IMG/VR virus record: IMGVR_UViG_3300028887_000105
Source of the DNA: a virus
Taxonomy: Duplodnaviria; Heunggongvirae; Uroviricota; Caudoviricetes
Reading direction: 5' to 3' (one strand)
DNA length: 13,417 nt
In this document: piece after piece, positions 1 to 8,099 of the stretch
Layout of the letters: each line of letters starts with the position of its first letter
Numbering within the stretch: the first letter of the stretch is position 1
Program-made: the position numbers and the translations under genes
The notes under the pieces: generated by a model
Seen by the model: only the letters and a program-made list of their open reading frames with translations
What the model was told of the DNA's origin: nothing
The model's database searches: none

Positions 1-48
1 TAAGTATATAGGTTTTGAATATCAAATAATTAACAAAGAAGAATAAAT

Positions 49-237
49 ATGGAAATTAGATTTATTAATATTGAAAATGGTGGTAGAATATTAACTACCA
101 TAAGTCACCATATACCGAGTGTTAATGATATTATTTATATCAGTAATCGTAAATGTAAAGTTTCAAGCAGTGAAGTTCACTATAATTCATATCTTGGTAA
201 TGATTTTGCTGAAATAATTGTTAGAGAAATTGATTGA
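49..237 (+). CDS. Hypothetical phage protein (62 aa)
   Basis: ATG in AT-rich context, TGA stop, first of a tightly packed + strand gene run; no family recognised. Confidence 0.7.
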   Translation: MEIRFINIENGGRILTTISHHIPSVNDIIYISNRKCKVSSSEVHYNSYLGNDFAEIIVREID

Positions 238-239
238 TT

Positions 240-857
240 ATGGAAGATGTAATTGAGTACAGTGGTTACGTAGATACCACAAGCAAAGAAACAATTGAGA
301 TTAAGAATTTGGAAAATATAGATGGTGAGTTTAGAAACAAATACCTATCTAAGATATTGGACACTCCGTATTATATGGGCGTAAATTATCTATTCTCTTA
401 CAAAAAAATAAAAGAATTATTCAATAAATACAAAAAGAAGTACGCAGTAGAGATTGAAAACGTTGACGGTAATAAATACGCCGTTTACCGTGAATGGGAA
501 AACGGAGGAGTATCAGAAGTATATCTTAGTGATAAAATAGAGAAAAAAGAACTAGAAGAGAAAGTGTTCTCTGCAAGTATGTCGTTAGAAATTGACAACG
601 GAAAATCATATGATTCTACACCTTTATATAAAGTAGAGTTTTTCTCTTACAGAGAAAAGAAAGGTAACTTTTTTGGTAACATTAGTGTTAATAATGCAGA
701 TTTGGCTGTCACTGTATTAAAAGAGTTCACGGAATGTATAGAAGGATTAGATAGTCATGATGTTTTTGATACAATACACAAATTCTGTACTGAAATCAAA
801 GAGACGAGTTCTAATATAGATAAACTTAGAATGATACTAAATGAATCAATGAAGTAA
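240..857 (+). CDS. Hypothetical protein (205 aa)
   Basis: Long ORF; ATG at 240 (TTATG context) preferred over the TTG at 234 in the track; no motif recognised. Confidence 0.8.
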   Translation: MEDVIEYSGYVDTTSKETIEIKNLENIDGEFRNKYLSKILDTPYYMGVNYLFSYKKIKELFNKYKKKYAVEIENVDGNKYAVYREWENGGVSEVYLSDKIEKKELEEKVFSASMSLEIDNGKSYDSTPLYKVEFFSYREKKGNFFGNISVNNADLAVTVLKEFTECIEGLDSHDVFDTIHKFCTEIKETSSNIDKLRMILNESMK

Positions 858-879
858 TAATTAGAGAAATTTATTAATT

Positions 880-1110
880 ATGGAAGTCGAAGATAAAAAG
901 TTTGAGGATTACAAAATCCCTGATGGTGAATGGGGTGAAATTTTGACCCAAGAAAACACCCTTATTGAAATGTATAAATCAAATAAAAAGGCTTTTAGTA
1001 TTGGTAAACCTGGAAGAACAACGGTTGAAGATGTAATAAAATTATGTTTTGAAACTGGTTGGAGAGCAGGATGGAAAGCAAAATCTGATAGTATAAAATA
1101 TGGTTATTAA
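880..1110 (+). CDS. Hypothetical phage protein (76 aa)
   Basis: TTAATTATG start context; packed 2 nt from the next gene. Confidence 0.75.
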   Translation: MEVEDKKFEDYKIPDGEWGEILTQENTLIEMYKSNKKAFSIGKPGRTTVEDVIKLCFETGWRAGWKAKSDSIKYGY

Positions 1111-1112
1111 TT

Positions 1113-1595
1113 ATGTTTACAAAAGAAGATAGAAGTACATTTCCTTATTGGTTTGCGCACTGGTGTGCATTCCAGATGACAGCACTGAATTGCAAAGCCT
1201 GGAAGTTCAAGTACCTTTTCCATGATATGGAGAAGCCGTTCTTGAAACTATTCTTAGATTATAAAGATGTTCAAAGGTTTCATCGTAGGCATAATAAACA
1301 TCACCCTGAGTGGCTTGACAAACAGTTGTCACAGTACAATTATTTTACTGACGGTGAATCTGGCATTAAAGATGTATTGGATAGGTTTGACTTTGAAGCA
1401 GCAGCCATTGATTGGGAGTGCAGTAGATTCACTAAGTTAGCACAACCTTTGAACGCATACGAAGAGTGTTTACGTTTAACGGAATACAACAATTTCAAAG
1501 AGAAGTATCCATTTATAACAACATATTGTTATAAGGAGTTCTGTGAGAAAATGTTGAACACTATTGTAAAATTAGGTTTAATTAGAGATTATTAA
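1113..1595 (+). CDS. HD-domain-like putative metal-dependent phosphohydrolase (DUF5662-like, 160 aa)
   Basis: H16, H37-D38 (LFHDMEK), H57, H60, H63-H64 (HNKHHPEW) and D100 (IDWECSR) give an H..HD..H..HH..D pattern; family name from memory of the motif. Confidence 0.65.
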   Translation: MFTKEDRSTFPYWFAHWCAFQMTALNCKAWKFKYLFHDMEKPFLKLFLDYKDVQRFHRRHNKHHPEWLDKQLSQYNYFTDGESGIKDVLDRFDFEAAAIDWECSRFTKLAQPLNAYEECLRLTEYNNFKEKYPFITTYCYKEFCEKMLNTIVKLGLIRDY

Positions 1596-1597
1596 TT

Positions 1598-2032
1598 ATG
1601 GAAGATTATTCAGATAATTTTGAATGTAATAAAGATTTAAAAGTATCTTTAGAGTGGGAAGTAAAGGTGTATGCATATTCTGATACACATGAGTATGCAG
1701 GTGCAGATGGTAAATGGCACCATTCGGATCCTAGAAAAATGACACTAAACATAGATGATATTTTTTATTTTAGGGATCAAACAGACGAAGATCATTTATC
1801 AGACACAGTTACGACAATATTTGACACTACAATAATGCCAACAGACTGGTGTTTGATGGTTTATCACGATAAATGGGATAAGAAACAACATATTGTTCCA
1901 GTTGTCGGTAAAGCGGATATTATGAATAAACACCTTGATATTCTCAAGGATGCATATTACAGAAATACTGAAATTGTCAGAAAGTTGCATAACGACATGA
2001 AAAACTTATATTTGAATTATACAGAAGAATAA
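1598..2032 (+). CDS. Hypothetical protein (144 aa)
   Basis: TTAATTATG start, 2 nt after the previous stop; no family recognised. Confidence 0.8.
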   Translation: MEDYSDNFECNKDLKVSLEWEVKVYAYSDTHEYAGADGKWHHSDPRKMTLNIDDIFYFRDQTDEDHLSDTVTTIFDTTIMPTDWCLMVYHDKWDKKQHIVPVVGKADIMNKHLDILKDAYYRNTEIVRKLHNDMKNLYLNYTEE

Positions 2033-2037
2033 TTTTG

Positions 2038-2047
2038 TATATTTGTA
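2038..2047 (+). promoter_or_regulatory. Putative Bacteroidota housekeeping-sigma -7 box (TATATTTGTA)
   Basis: Matches TAnnTTTG in the 42-nt gap before the gene at 2075. The nearest upstream TTTG that could be the -33 box (2011-2014) is 23 nt away, longer than usual. Confidence 0.4.
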
Positions 2048-2074
2048 GTAAATGAATAATTAAAAGTTAAATTT

Positions 2075-2314
2075 ATGTTAATAGCAAAGTGTATTAATAA
2101 CATTGATCCAATCACGGATAAGCCAATTCCTGATTTAGAAGTTGGAAAAGAATACGTAGTAGACTACCTTAGTATGGGTCAGTCACACACCACTGTACAA
2201 ATTGATTTTGGTAATAGACATTTTCGACATTTCAATTCTATTCATTTTGATTTTTACGAAAATGGACGTAAAAAAAACATTTATAATAGTAAAAAATACA
2301 ATCCATATTCATGA
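2075..2314 (+). CDS. Hypothetical phage protein (79 aa), likely small beta-barrel
   Basis: ATTTATG start; LEVGKEYVV resembles an SH3-like hairpin; ATGA overlap with the next gene. Confidence 0.75.
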   Translation: MLIAKCINNIDPITDKPIPDLEVGKEYVVDYLSMGQSHTTVQIDFGNRHFRHFNSIHFDFYENGRKKNIYNSKKYNPYS

Positions 2315-2697
2315 AAAAAGAGCCGAAAGATATGCATTTTAACGATGTGTGGAAACTACCATTCAAAAGTGATCCATCAAAGTTATCTATATATGTATGG
2401 GATAACTCCAATCATGTTTGTTTTAACTATCTTGGTGGCGGTTATGATTTATACACCAGAATTATTGCACTATTGAACGGTGAAGAAGCAGAACCATTTA
2501 AGATGGTTGAAAGTAAAGGTGATTACATTTCTGTAAGTGAAATAGAAAATGGCCCAACAACACTTTTACCAGTTCTTATGGTCAGAGGATGGGGTCATCT
2601 TACTGGCTGTGGTGCGCTTCATTTGCCTGCAGAAGAAGCAAAACGTATACAGATGGAACTGGTTGATTACGCAGTTCAAAAATTACAAGGAAAGTGA
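2311..2697 (+). CDS. Hypothetical phage protein (128 aa)
   Basis: ATGA overlap with the upstream gene; distinctive VRGWGHLTGCGALHL motif; function unknown. Confidence 0.8.
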   Translation: MKKEPKDMHFNDVWKLPFKSDPSKLSIYVWDNSNHVCFNYLGGGYDLYTRIIALLNGEEAEPFKMVESKGDYISVSEIENGPTTLLPVLMVRGWGHLTGCGALHLPAEEAKRIQMELVDYAVQKLQGK

Positions 2698-3104
2698 TGG
2701 AAGAAAAAGAAAAGAAATATCAAATAACGCTAACAGAGGACCAGATGAGACTGGTATCTAACGCATTGGAAGATTGGAGCCGCTTTGTGGCTGGGCAATG
2801 TGAAATGGAATTTGCCACGAGTTTGGTTTATGATTCTCGTAAGGTAAAAGATATACTTCACGACCAGGTGAAGCCAGCAATGTTTCCTGAGTTAGCCCTT
2901 AATGAATCATATGGCTGGAGCGGTTCCACTTGTAAAAATGATTTTCAGCGTAAAGCGATTGCAATGAGTTATATGTTGTATCGTGAGATAATTCATTATT
3001 TAACAGTTAATAATGGCAAGGATATGTCCTGGAGTACGTACAATAGTCCAACACTTACCTGTCCAGAACAAGGTCCTTTGATCAAAATAGAAGAAGTAAA
3101 ATGA
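2697..3104 (+). CDS. Hypothetical phage protein (135 aa)
   Basis: ATG at 2697 (TGATG overlap) or GTG at 2694; ATGA overlap with the next gene. Confidence 0.8.
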   Translation: MEEKEKKYQITLTEDQMRLVSNALEDWSRFVAGQCEMEFATSLVYDSRKVKDILHDQVKPAMFPELALNESYGWSGSTCKNDFQRKAIAMSYMLYREIIHYLTVNNGKDMSWSTYNSPTLTCPEQGPLIKIEEVK

Positions 3105-3583
3105 GTTGGTATGACACATTAAAAGAATTTAAAGAACCACAAAGGTTAACAGACGAAGAACTTGATTTGTTATTAATCGATGTATCTGCAAGAATACCTT
3201 ACAATGTAAAAGCAAAATTTGAAGTTGATTGGGAGGATGATGACCCAGATAAACCAATTTGCGAAGATTTCATTGTAACTGCAGTAGATAAGCGTCATAA
3301 CAATTTGTTTTGGGCTGGTGGTATACAATTACAAGAGAAAGGTATGAAAGGTATTCCATTCGGGACAACAGATATTGCACCCGCAAATGAAACGTTTAAG
3401 CCTTATCTTAGGTCTTTGACTAATATGACCAAGAAGGAACAACAGGAACTACTTCAGTTAATGGGAAATGGTAATGATATTCAGAGAATGGATTTTTATA
3501 ATTCACATCATCTTGATATCCGTGGATTGATACCAAAGGGTCTTGCAATTGAAGCGCCAGAAGGAATGTATAACATTGAATAA
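3101..3583 (+). CDS. Phage protein of the KPYLR..MT family (160 aa), paralog of 8092-8568
   Basis: Blocks DVSARIPYNVK, FKPYLRSLTNMTKKE and HHLDIRGLIPKGLAIEAPEGMY are matched in the 8092 gene. Confidence 0.85.
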   Translation: MSWYDTLKEFKEPQRLTDEELDLLLIDVSARIPYNVKAKFEVDWEDDDPDKPICEDFIVTAVDKRHNNLFWAGGIQLQEKGMKGIPFGTTDIAPANETFKPYLRSLTNMTKKEQQELLQLMGNGNDIQRMDFYNSHHLDIRGLIPKGLAIEAPEGMYNIE

Positions 3584-3595
3584 AGTAAAAAAAAA

Positions 3596-3832
3596 ATGAA
3601 TAAAGTCTACGTTATAGAGGAAATGCTTGCCCCTGGTATATGGGTATTAATGTCAGATGTTTTTTATTCACAGTATGAAGTGAATAAAGAATTTGACGAT
3701 GCTAATGCTACATTTCATAAACTTAAACGTAATGTTAAATTACGAATTACAGAATTAAAACCTTCCAGATTTTTGGAGGAAGTATACAAAGAACAAAAAA
3801 CAAGAAACGAAGATAATGGAGATTGGCTATGA
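3596..3832 (+). CDS. Hypothetical protein (78 aa)
   Basis: ATG ends an A10 run; ATGA overlap with the next gene. Confidence 0.7.
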   Translation: MNKVYVIEEMLAPGIWVLMSDVFYSQYEVNKEFDDANATFHKLKRNVKLRITELKPSRFLEEVYKEQKTRNEDNGDWL

Positions 3833-4014
3833 CCGATAAAAAATGTTTTGGATGCAGATTTATGTCTGTTTTTGGCTACTGTTTGAATCCTATGAATGCC
3901 AGTATTGTTAAGGGCAAGATTCACCTGGTAGCAGTTTCCTCTGATCAAGACGCGTGCGTATATAGAGAGGAAGAAAGCGAAGAAGAAATTTTGAAACAAA
4001 TTAAAGAAAATTAA
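3829..4014 (+). CDS. Small Cys-rich protein (61 aa), possible Zn-binding
   Basis: ATG at 3829 (ATGA overlap) preferred over TTG at 3823; C-x2-C-x8-C-x24-C followed by an acidic tail. Confidence 0.7.
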   Translation: MTDKKCFGCRFMSVFGYCLNPMNASIVKGKIHLVAVSSDQDACVYREEESEEEILKQIKEN

Positions 4015-4018
4015 AGTT

Positions 4019-4219
4019 ATGAGTGCATACGAAAAAGAAATAAAGATTTATGCAATAAAGCACGAAGAATTAGATGACGAAGTATTGGTCCTTGCCGAAG
4101 ACATTGATGAAGCCGTCAGCAAGTTCAAAGGTTATTGTCAGGATAATTACTATTATTTACATTCTTCTGATGATATTGAATCTGTTAGTATAAAATATAA
4201 ATTTAATGTAATATGTTAA
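4019..4219 (+). CDS. Hypothetical phage protein (66 aa)
   Basis: AAGTTATG start; acidic, VLAEDIDEAVSKF motif; 7-nt overlap with the next gene. Confidence 0.75.
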   Translation: MSAYEKEIKIYAIKHEELDDEVLVLAEDIDEAVSKFKGYCQDNYYYLHSSDDIESVSIKYKFNVIC

Positions 4220-4464
4220 AGAATTTTAAAACAATTGCCAATAAGTGTATCAATGGTAAGATCAAAGGTATTTTTACTCTTGGTACTGGGGCTGAAATAG
4301 ATTCAGACCTGTTGGAATATAATGATAACGTTAACTCATGCGACAAGTATCCCTACGTTATTTCTGGGGATGTTAATATTGAATTGACTAACAATGGTAA
4401 AAACCATCGTTACAGTCATTCTGTATCAATGTTCGACGTTGTAGAATTTAAAAAAATAGATTAA
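4213..4464 (+). CDS. Hypothetical phage protein (83 aa)
   Basis: Packed between two neighbouring genes; no family assigned. Confidence 0.75.
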   Translation: MLKNFKTIANKCINGKIKGIFTLGTGAEIDSDLLEYNDNVNSCDKYPYVISGDVNIELTNNGKNHRYSHSVSMFDVVEFKKID

Positions 4465-4467
4465 GAT

Positions 4468-4788
4468 ATGGAAATGAATATTGATGGTAGAAAAGTAGAA
4501 ATTCATCCAATGACACACAGACTCCCTTCAATTGGTAGGGATGTTGTTTGTATTACTAAAGACGGTAAGGTTATCCAAGGTGTAATGGAAGAAACAATGT
4601 TGGGTAGTCATAAGAGCCTGTATCTTCACGATCTTGCTTTTAACGGCGGAAGAGACATAACAAGTGTTTATAAATGGTTCTATCTAGACGAATTTATTTA
4701 TGCACTAGAAGACGAAAGAGAACCTGGAGAAGAAGGATTTGAAGAAATAACTGAAATAACCCCAGAAATAAAGCATTATGGAAATTGA
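4468..4788 (+). CDS. Hypothetical protein, possibly DUF551-like (106 aa)
   Basis: HRLP..GRDVVC..KDG...SVYKWFYL resembles the DUF551 pattern (weak); acidic C-terminus. Confidence 0.7.
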   Translation: MEMNIDGRKVEIHPMTHRLPSIGRDVVCITKDGKVIQGVMEETMLGSHKSLYLHDLAFNGGRDITSVYKWFYLDEFIYALEDEREPGEEGFEEITEITPEIKHYGN

Positions 4789-5182
4789 AGAATTAAAAGA
4801 ACAAATTATAGAGGCTGAAGAAAAACTTGACAATCTCAGAAAACAACTTCGTAAAGAAGAAAACGAGAAATTCTTAAATGAAATGGGTGATTATGTCGGA
4901 AAGTATTATGAAGAATGTTCTCCTAGTCATCGAGATAAACTTGTATATGTTCAAAAGGCTAATCCTGGAAGCCAACAGTTTTTTGTAACTGACATAGAAT
5001 ATGATTCAATGTTAATTGGTAATAATTATGTTAGTATTTCTAACCATTTCGTTCATTACGCTTCTATTGTTCTTGGAAACCTAAAAGAAATTTCAAAAGA
5101 AGAGTTTACACGAAGGGCCACTCAATTACTTAAGTTTGGATTAGAAGACTTGAAAGAAACAACAGGAATAACAGTATCATGA
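4778..5182 (+). CDS. Hypothetical protein with N-terminal coiled coil (134 aa)
   Basis: Heptad-like EELKEQIIEAEEKLDNLRKQLRKEE; 11-nt overlap upstream, ATGA overlap downstream. Confidence 0.8.
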   Translation: MEIEELKEQIIEAEEKLDNLRKQLRKEENEKFLNEMGDYVGKYYEECSPSHRDKLVYVQKANPGSQQFFVTDIEYDSMLIGNNYVSISNHFVHYASIVLGNLKEISKEEFTRRATQLLKFGLEDLKETTGITVS

Positions 5183-5583
5183 GAGACATTGAATTTAGAG
5201 GAAAACGAGAATCAGACGGAGAATGGATTTACGGCTATCTGTCTGATATAAACGAAATATGCAACGTCAATGAAGTTGCTATGCCCCGTGAGGAAGTAGA
5301 TGAAGATTCCGTTGGCCAATGGACTGGACTTTATGATGCACATGATCAGAAAATTTACGAGGGTGATATTATCAGGACCACTGATGAATATCAAACCATT
5401 GGTTATGTTGTCTGGTTACGCCAGGCAATGGGTTTTTGTATTGTGTGGAAGAACTGTGATACCAGGCTTGGGCACCGTGCCCGTGGTGGAGGATACGATT
5501 GGGATAGTTCAATTGAAGTTATAGGGAATATGACTGACAATTTTGAATTAATTCCCTGGCTAAATAAAAAAGAGAAAAATTAA
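5179..5583 (+). CDS. yopX: YopX family phage protein (134 aa)
   Basis: Classic YopX motifs MRDIEFRGKR, GEWIYGYL, VGQWTGLYD...IYEGDII and IEVIGN. Confidence 0.9.
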   Translation: MRDIEFRGKRESDGEWIYGYLSDINEICNVNEVAMPREEVDEDSVGQWTGLYDAHDQKIYEGDIIRTTDEYQTIGYVVWLRQAMGFCIVWKNCDTRLGHRARGGGYDWDSSIEVIGNMTDNFELIPWLNKKEKN

Positions 5584-5591
5584 AAAACATT

Positions 5592-6332
5592 ATGAAAATT
5601 AAAAAAACAGCAATTTATGAATTTATTAACAACTCATTAGAATGTACATTAGAAGAAAATAAGAACCGTCTTGCTGACGCTATTATGGACATTATTGCCC
5701 CATTTATCAAGTCATATCTTGAAATGCAAGACGAACTTATTGAAATAAAAGCAAAATCAAAAAAGGTGGTTATTGTCGATTTTCCAGGGAAGGGAGAAGA
5801 ACTTCCTGGTGAACCAGCCCTTCAAGGTACTTTCTCGGATCCTGAAGACTGTAAAGAAGAAGAGTCAGTAGATACTCAAGATAAAGAATGTGAGAATCCA
5901 GATGAACCAGAATTACCACATTTTGAGCGTCTATATCCATATGTTGATGATGAAACATTTTGGAAGGAAGTTGACCGTATTAACTGGCGTTTTATCTGTG
6001 AAGACGAGGACGATAGGGTATACAAAGAGGTGAAGGAAGATTTGATAGAAAGATATGGTTCAAATGAAAAAGACCTAAACACAAAAATGTACCATTTTAC
6101 AAAGGCGTTGTTAGATCATATCGAAAGATATGTTGCAGCCAATTACAATAAAAAATGGATTAATTTCTGGAAAGATTGTGGTTTCGTACATGGTTTGTCC
6201 GATGATTCATTCTGGTATCTATGTACATTTATTGTAGGATGTGGAAAGAAGGAATACGATAGGGTAATGTTGGATCCGACCAGGGTTTCTGAATTTAAGG
6301 ATTACCAAGAAGGATTTGCTTACTGCTTCTAA
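5592..6332 (+). CDS. Protein with C-terminal DUF4240-like domain and acidic Pro-rich linker (246 aa)
   Basis: DDETFWKEVDR and LSDDSFWYLCTFIVGCGKKEYDRVMLDP resemble DUF4240 (FW..I; SDD.F.y....i..G...y...l.dP); linker approx. aa 64-110 is rich in E/D/P. Confidence 0.7.
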   Translation: MKIKKTAIYEFINNSLECTLEENKNRLADAIMDIIAPFIKSYLEMQDELIEIKAKSKKVVIVDFPGKGEELPGEPALQGTFSDPEDCKEEESVDTQDKECENPDEPELPHFERLYPYVDDETFWKEVDRINWRFICEDEDDRVYKEVKEDLIERYGSNEKDLNTKMYHFTKALLDHIERYVAANYNKKWINFWKDCGFVHGLSDDSFWYLCTFIVGCGKKEYDRVMLDPTRVSEFKDYQEGFAYCF

Positions 6333-6338
6333 TAAGAC

Positions 6339-6369
6339 AACCATCACCAGAACACGGTGGTGGTTTTTT
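6339..6369 (+). terminator. Intrinsic terminator
   Basis: Stem AACCATCACC (6339-6348) / GGTGGTGGTT (6356-6365) with one G-U pair, 7-nt loop, T run 6364-6369 and a further T8; starts 6 nt after the 6332 stop. Confidence 0.85.
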
Positions 6370-6413
6370 AATTTTTTTTATATAATTGTGTTGTATCACT
6401 AAATTGATCAAAA

Positions 6414-6668
6414 ATGAAAAAGATAACAAATGAAGAAGTAAAAAAGTATTTTAAAGGGGTCGGATACCGACTTTTGTACATTGGGTTTATCCTGTTGTGT
6501 ATATTCCTTATGTTTGGGGTAGGTAGTATAGTTTTGGCAGTAACATTACCATTGTGGCCATTTACATATTTGTTTTTGGGTGAACCAGCACCTTATATTG
6601 CTCATTATTTTGAATGGGAATTTGAATGGATGGAAAAAACATCACGTAAAATTAATGAAAAAATATGA
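6414..6668 (+). CDS. Small membrane protein (84 aa)
   Basis: Basic N-terminus followed by a long hydrophobic stretch (LLYIGFILLCIFLMFGVGSIVLAVTLPLWPFTYLFLG). Confidence 0.8.
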   Translation: MKKITNEEVKKYFKGVGYRLLYIGFILLCIFLMFGVGSIVLAVTLPLWPFTYLFLGEPAPYIAHYFEWEFEWMEKTSRKINEKI

Positions 6669-6835
6669 AAAGATTTATTTTAAGTCTTTTATGTACACTG
6701 TTAGCAGTGGGTTTGGTAATTGGTATTGTATGGGCTGCATTCTATAATCCAATGATTTTAGCATGGTTTGGCTTAGGACTTTTTGTTATAACGATATTTT
6801 TTGTATTTTACATTGAAGTATTTAAAAATTTATGA
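6665..6835 (+). CDS. Small two-TM membrane peptide A (56 aa), absent from the ORF track
   Basis: Hand translation: MKRFILSLLCTLLAVGLVIGIVWAAFYNPMILAWFGLGLFVITIFFVFYIEVFKNL; ATGA overlaps at both ends; fills the gap in the track. Confidence 0.85.
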   Translation: MKRFILSLLCTLLAVGLVIGIVWAAFYNPMILAWFGLGLFVITIFFVFYIEVFKNL

Positions 6836-7002
6836 AACGATTTATTTATAGTCTTTTAAGTGTATTTGCTTGTGTTTTGATCATATTTGGCGGAACCTGG
6901 CTTAGTTTAACATACCCGAAAATTTCATTAGGAATTGGAGTAGGTCTTGTTTTATTGTTCCTGTTTTCTATATTTTATTGGAACGTATATGGAGAAAAAT
7001 AA
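6832..7002 (+). CDS. Small two-TM membrane peptide B (56 aa), tandem paralog of A, absent from the ORF track
   Basis: Hand translation: MKRFIYSLLSVFACVLIIFGGTWLSLTYPKISLGIGVGLVLLFLFSIFYWNVYGEK; 20/56 identical to peptide A without gaps. Confidence 0.85.
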   Translation: MKRFIYSLLSVFACVLIIFGGTWLSLTYPKISLGIGVGLVLLFLFSIFYWNVYGEK

Positions 7003-7327
7003 AGAATATCCTTGGTATATCCAGCATTGGATGGAAGATCCAAATGAAAATACCCAGAAAATAATGGATGATGAAGCCAAGGAATTTCGTAAAATATTTA
7101 TGCCTTTATTTCGTGAACACGTTGGAACCAAGAAACTATTGAAAGATATTAAGAATTATCTTGAAACACACGAAATTAAAAGGAAAGATGATTTTAGGTT
7201 TCAATTAGTATGTATGTGGTGTGACCATATTCATTATTATCGGGACCTTCACAACATACCATTTAAAGCGGAAGATGTGTTTAAAATAAAAATCCCGCAA
7301 GTTATATTAAACGTAAAAGAAAAATAA
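6989..7327 (+). CDS. Hypothetical protein (112 aa)
   Basis: ATG at 6989 (MEKNKEYP) preferred; the track start at 6947 lies inside peptide B. Confidence 0.75.
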   Translation: MEKNKEYPWYIQHWMEDPNENTQKIMDDEAKEFRKIFMPLFREHVGTKKLLKDIKNYLETHEIKRKDDFRFQLVCMWCDHIHYYRDLHNIPFKAEDVFKIKIPQVILNVKEK

Positions 7328-7354
7328 GTATTAACTAAATAAAATTTTACAATT

Positions 7355-7747
7355 ATGGCAAAAGAAAAAAGAACAGTTCTAGAACCTTGGAAGTTCGTAG
7401 TAAACGAAGAAAAGAAAATCGTACTTTACACAGTAATCGCACACGGACATAAGTTCGTTGGTAAGGCTTCATGTAATGACAGTGATGAGTTCGATGTAGA
7501 AAAGGGTAAGGCAATCGCACAGATGCGTGCCGTTCTTGCACAGCGCAAGTTTGACCTTGAGTTGACCCGTGAGTTTATTGCTACATTACAGACAGAAATG
7601 ACCCGTGCTTGTGTTTTCAATCCATACGGTGCTGTATCACCTCATTACATGCGTTCTATCCAGACCGCTTGCGAAGAGGAAAAGGCTCAGTTGGCTCATA
7701 TTCGTGATTTGAAGAATCGTTTGATCGAACTTGGTTGTGTTGCGTAA
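7355..7747 (+). CDS. Conserved-type phage protein with G-x-A-x-C-x3-D-x-F-D-x3-G-x2-I-A-x2-R-A motif (130 aa)
   Basis: FVGKASCNDSDEFDVEKGKAIAQMRA followed by a helical C-terminus; motif familiar from phage hypothetical proteins, function unknown. Confidence 0.85.
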   Translation: MAKEKRTVLEPWKFVVNEEKKIVLYTVIAHGHKFVGKASCNDSDEFDVEKGKAIAQMRAVLAQRKFDLELTREFIATLQTEMTRACVFNPYGAVSPHYMRSIQTACEEEKAQLAHIRDLKNRLIELGCVA

Positions 7748-7748
7748 T

Positions 7749-8099
7749 ATGATACACATCAATTTTACAAAGAAGCAAATGTGGCACATCGTCTTTGACC
7801 TTGTGCTACTTGCTATGATTTTACCTGCCTGTATGTCTCCTGAACAGTATGAGGAATACAAAAAAGAGAAACAATCAGAATATCAGAATGAAATCCAAGA
7901 CGAATGTTATTTGATTGATTTAACTTTTGAGGGTGAGACACATCAATACGTGCTTTATTTACACGGTGAATATACTGATCATTCTCGTGGTTCTCTTTCT
8001 CACTGGGAAGGTTGTAAGTACTGCAAGGAACAAAAAGAAAAGGAAAAAGATAACGAGTTTAAAATAGACGAGAAATCGCCAAGTTGGTTCTATGACTAA
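7749..8099 (+). CDS. Membrane-anchored or lipoprotein-like protein with C-terminal His/Cys motif (116 aa)
   Basis: ATG at 7749 follows the previous stop; hydrophobic segment ends LPAC (possible lipobox, C28); C-terminal HQY..SHWEGCKYC. Confidence 0.7.
   Translation: MIHINFTKKQMWHIVFDLVLLAMILPACMSPEQYEEYKKEKQSEYQNEIQDECYLIDLTFEGETHQYVLYLHGEYTDHSRGSLSHWEGCKYCKEQKEKEKDNEFKIDEKSPSWFYD

Noticed and set aside
3587-3596. A10 homopolymer ending at the ATG of the 78-aa gene as a phase-variation switch
   Set aside because: It is upstream of the reading frame and A-rich leaders are normal here; no evidence of length variation from a single sequence.
6947-6988. Track start of the 126-aa ORF
   Set aside because: Lies within the second 56-aa peptide gene in another frame; ATG 6989 fits better.
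6414-7002. Holin or lysis cassette
   Set aside because: No endolysin or spanin-like gene nearby; small TM proteins alone do not support a lysis call.
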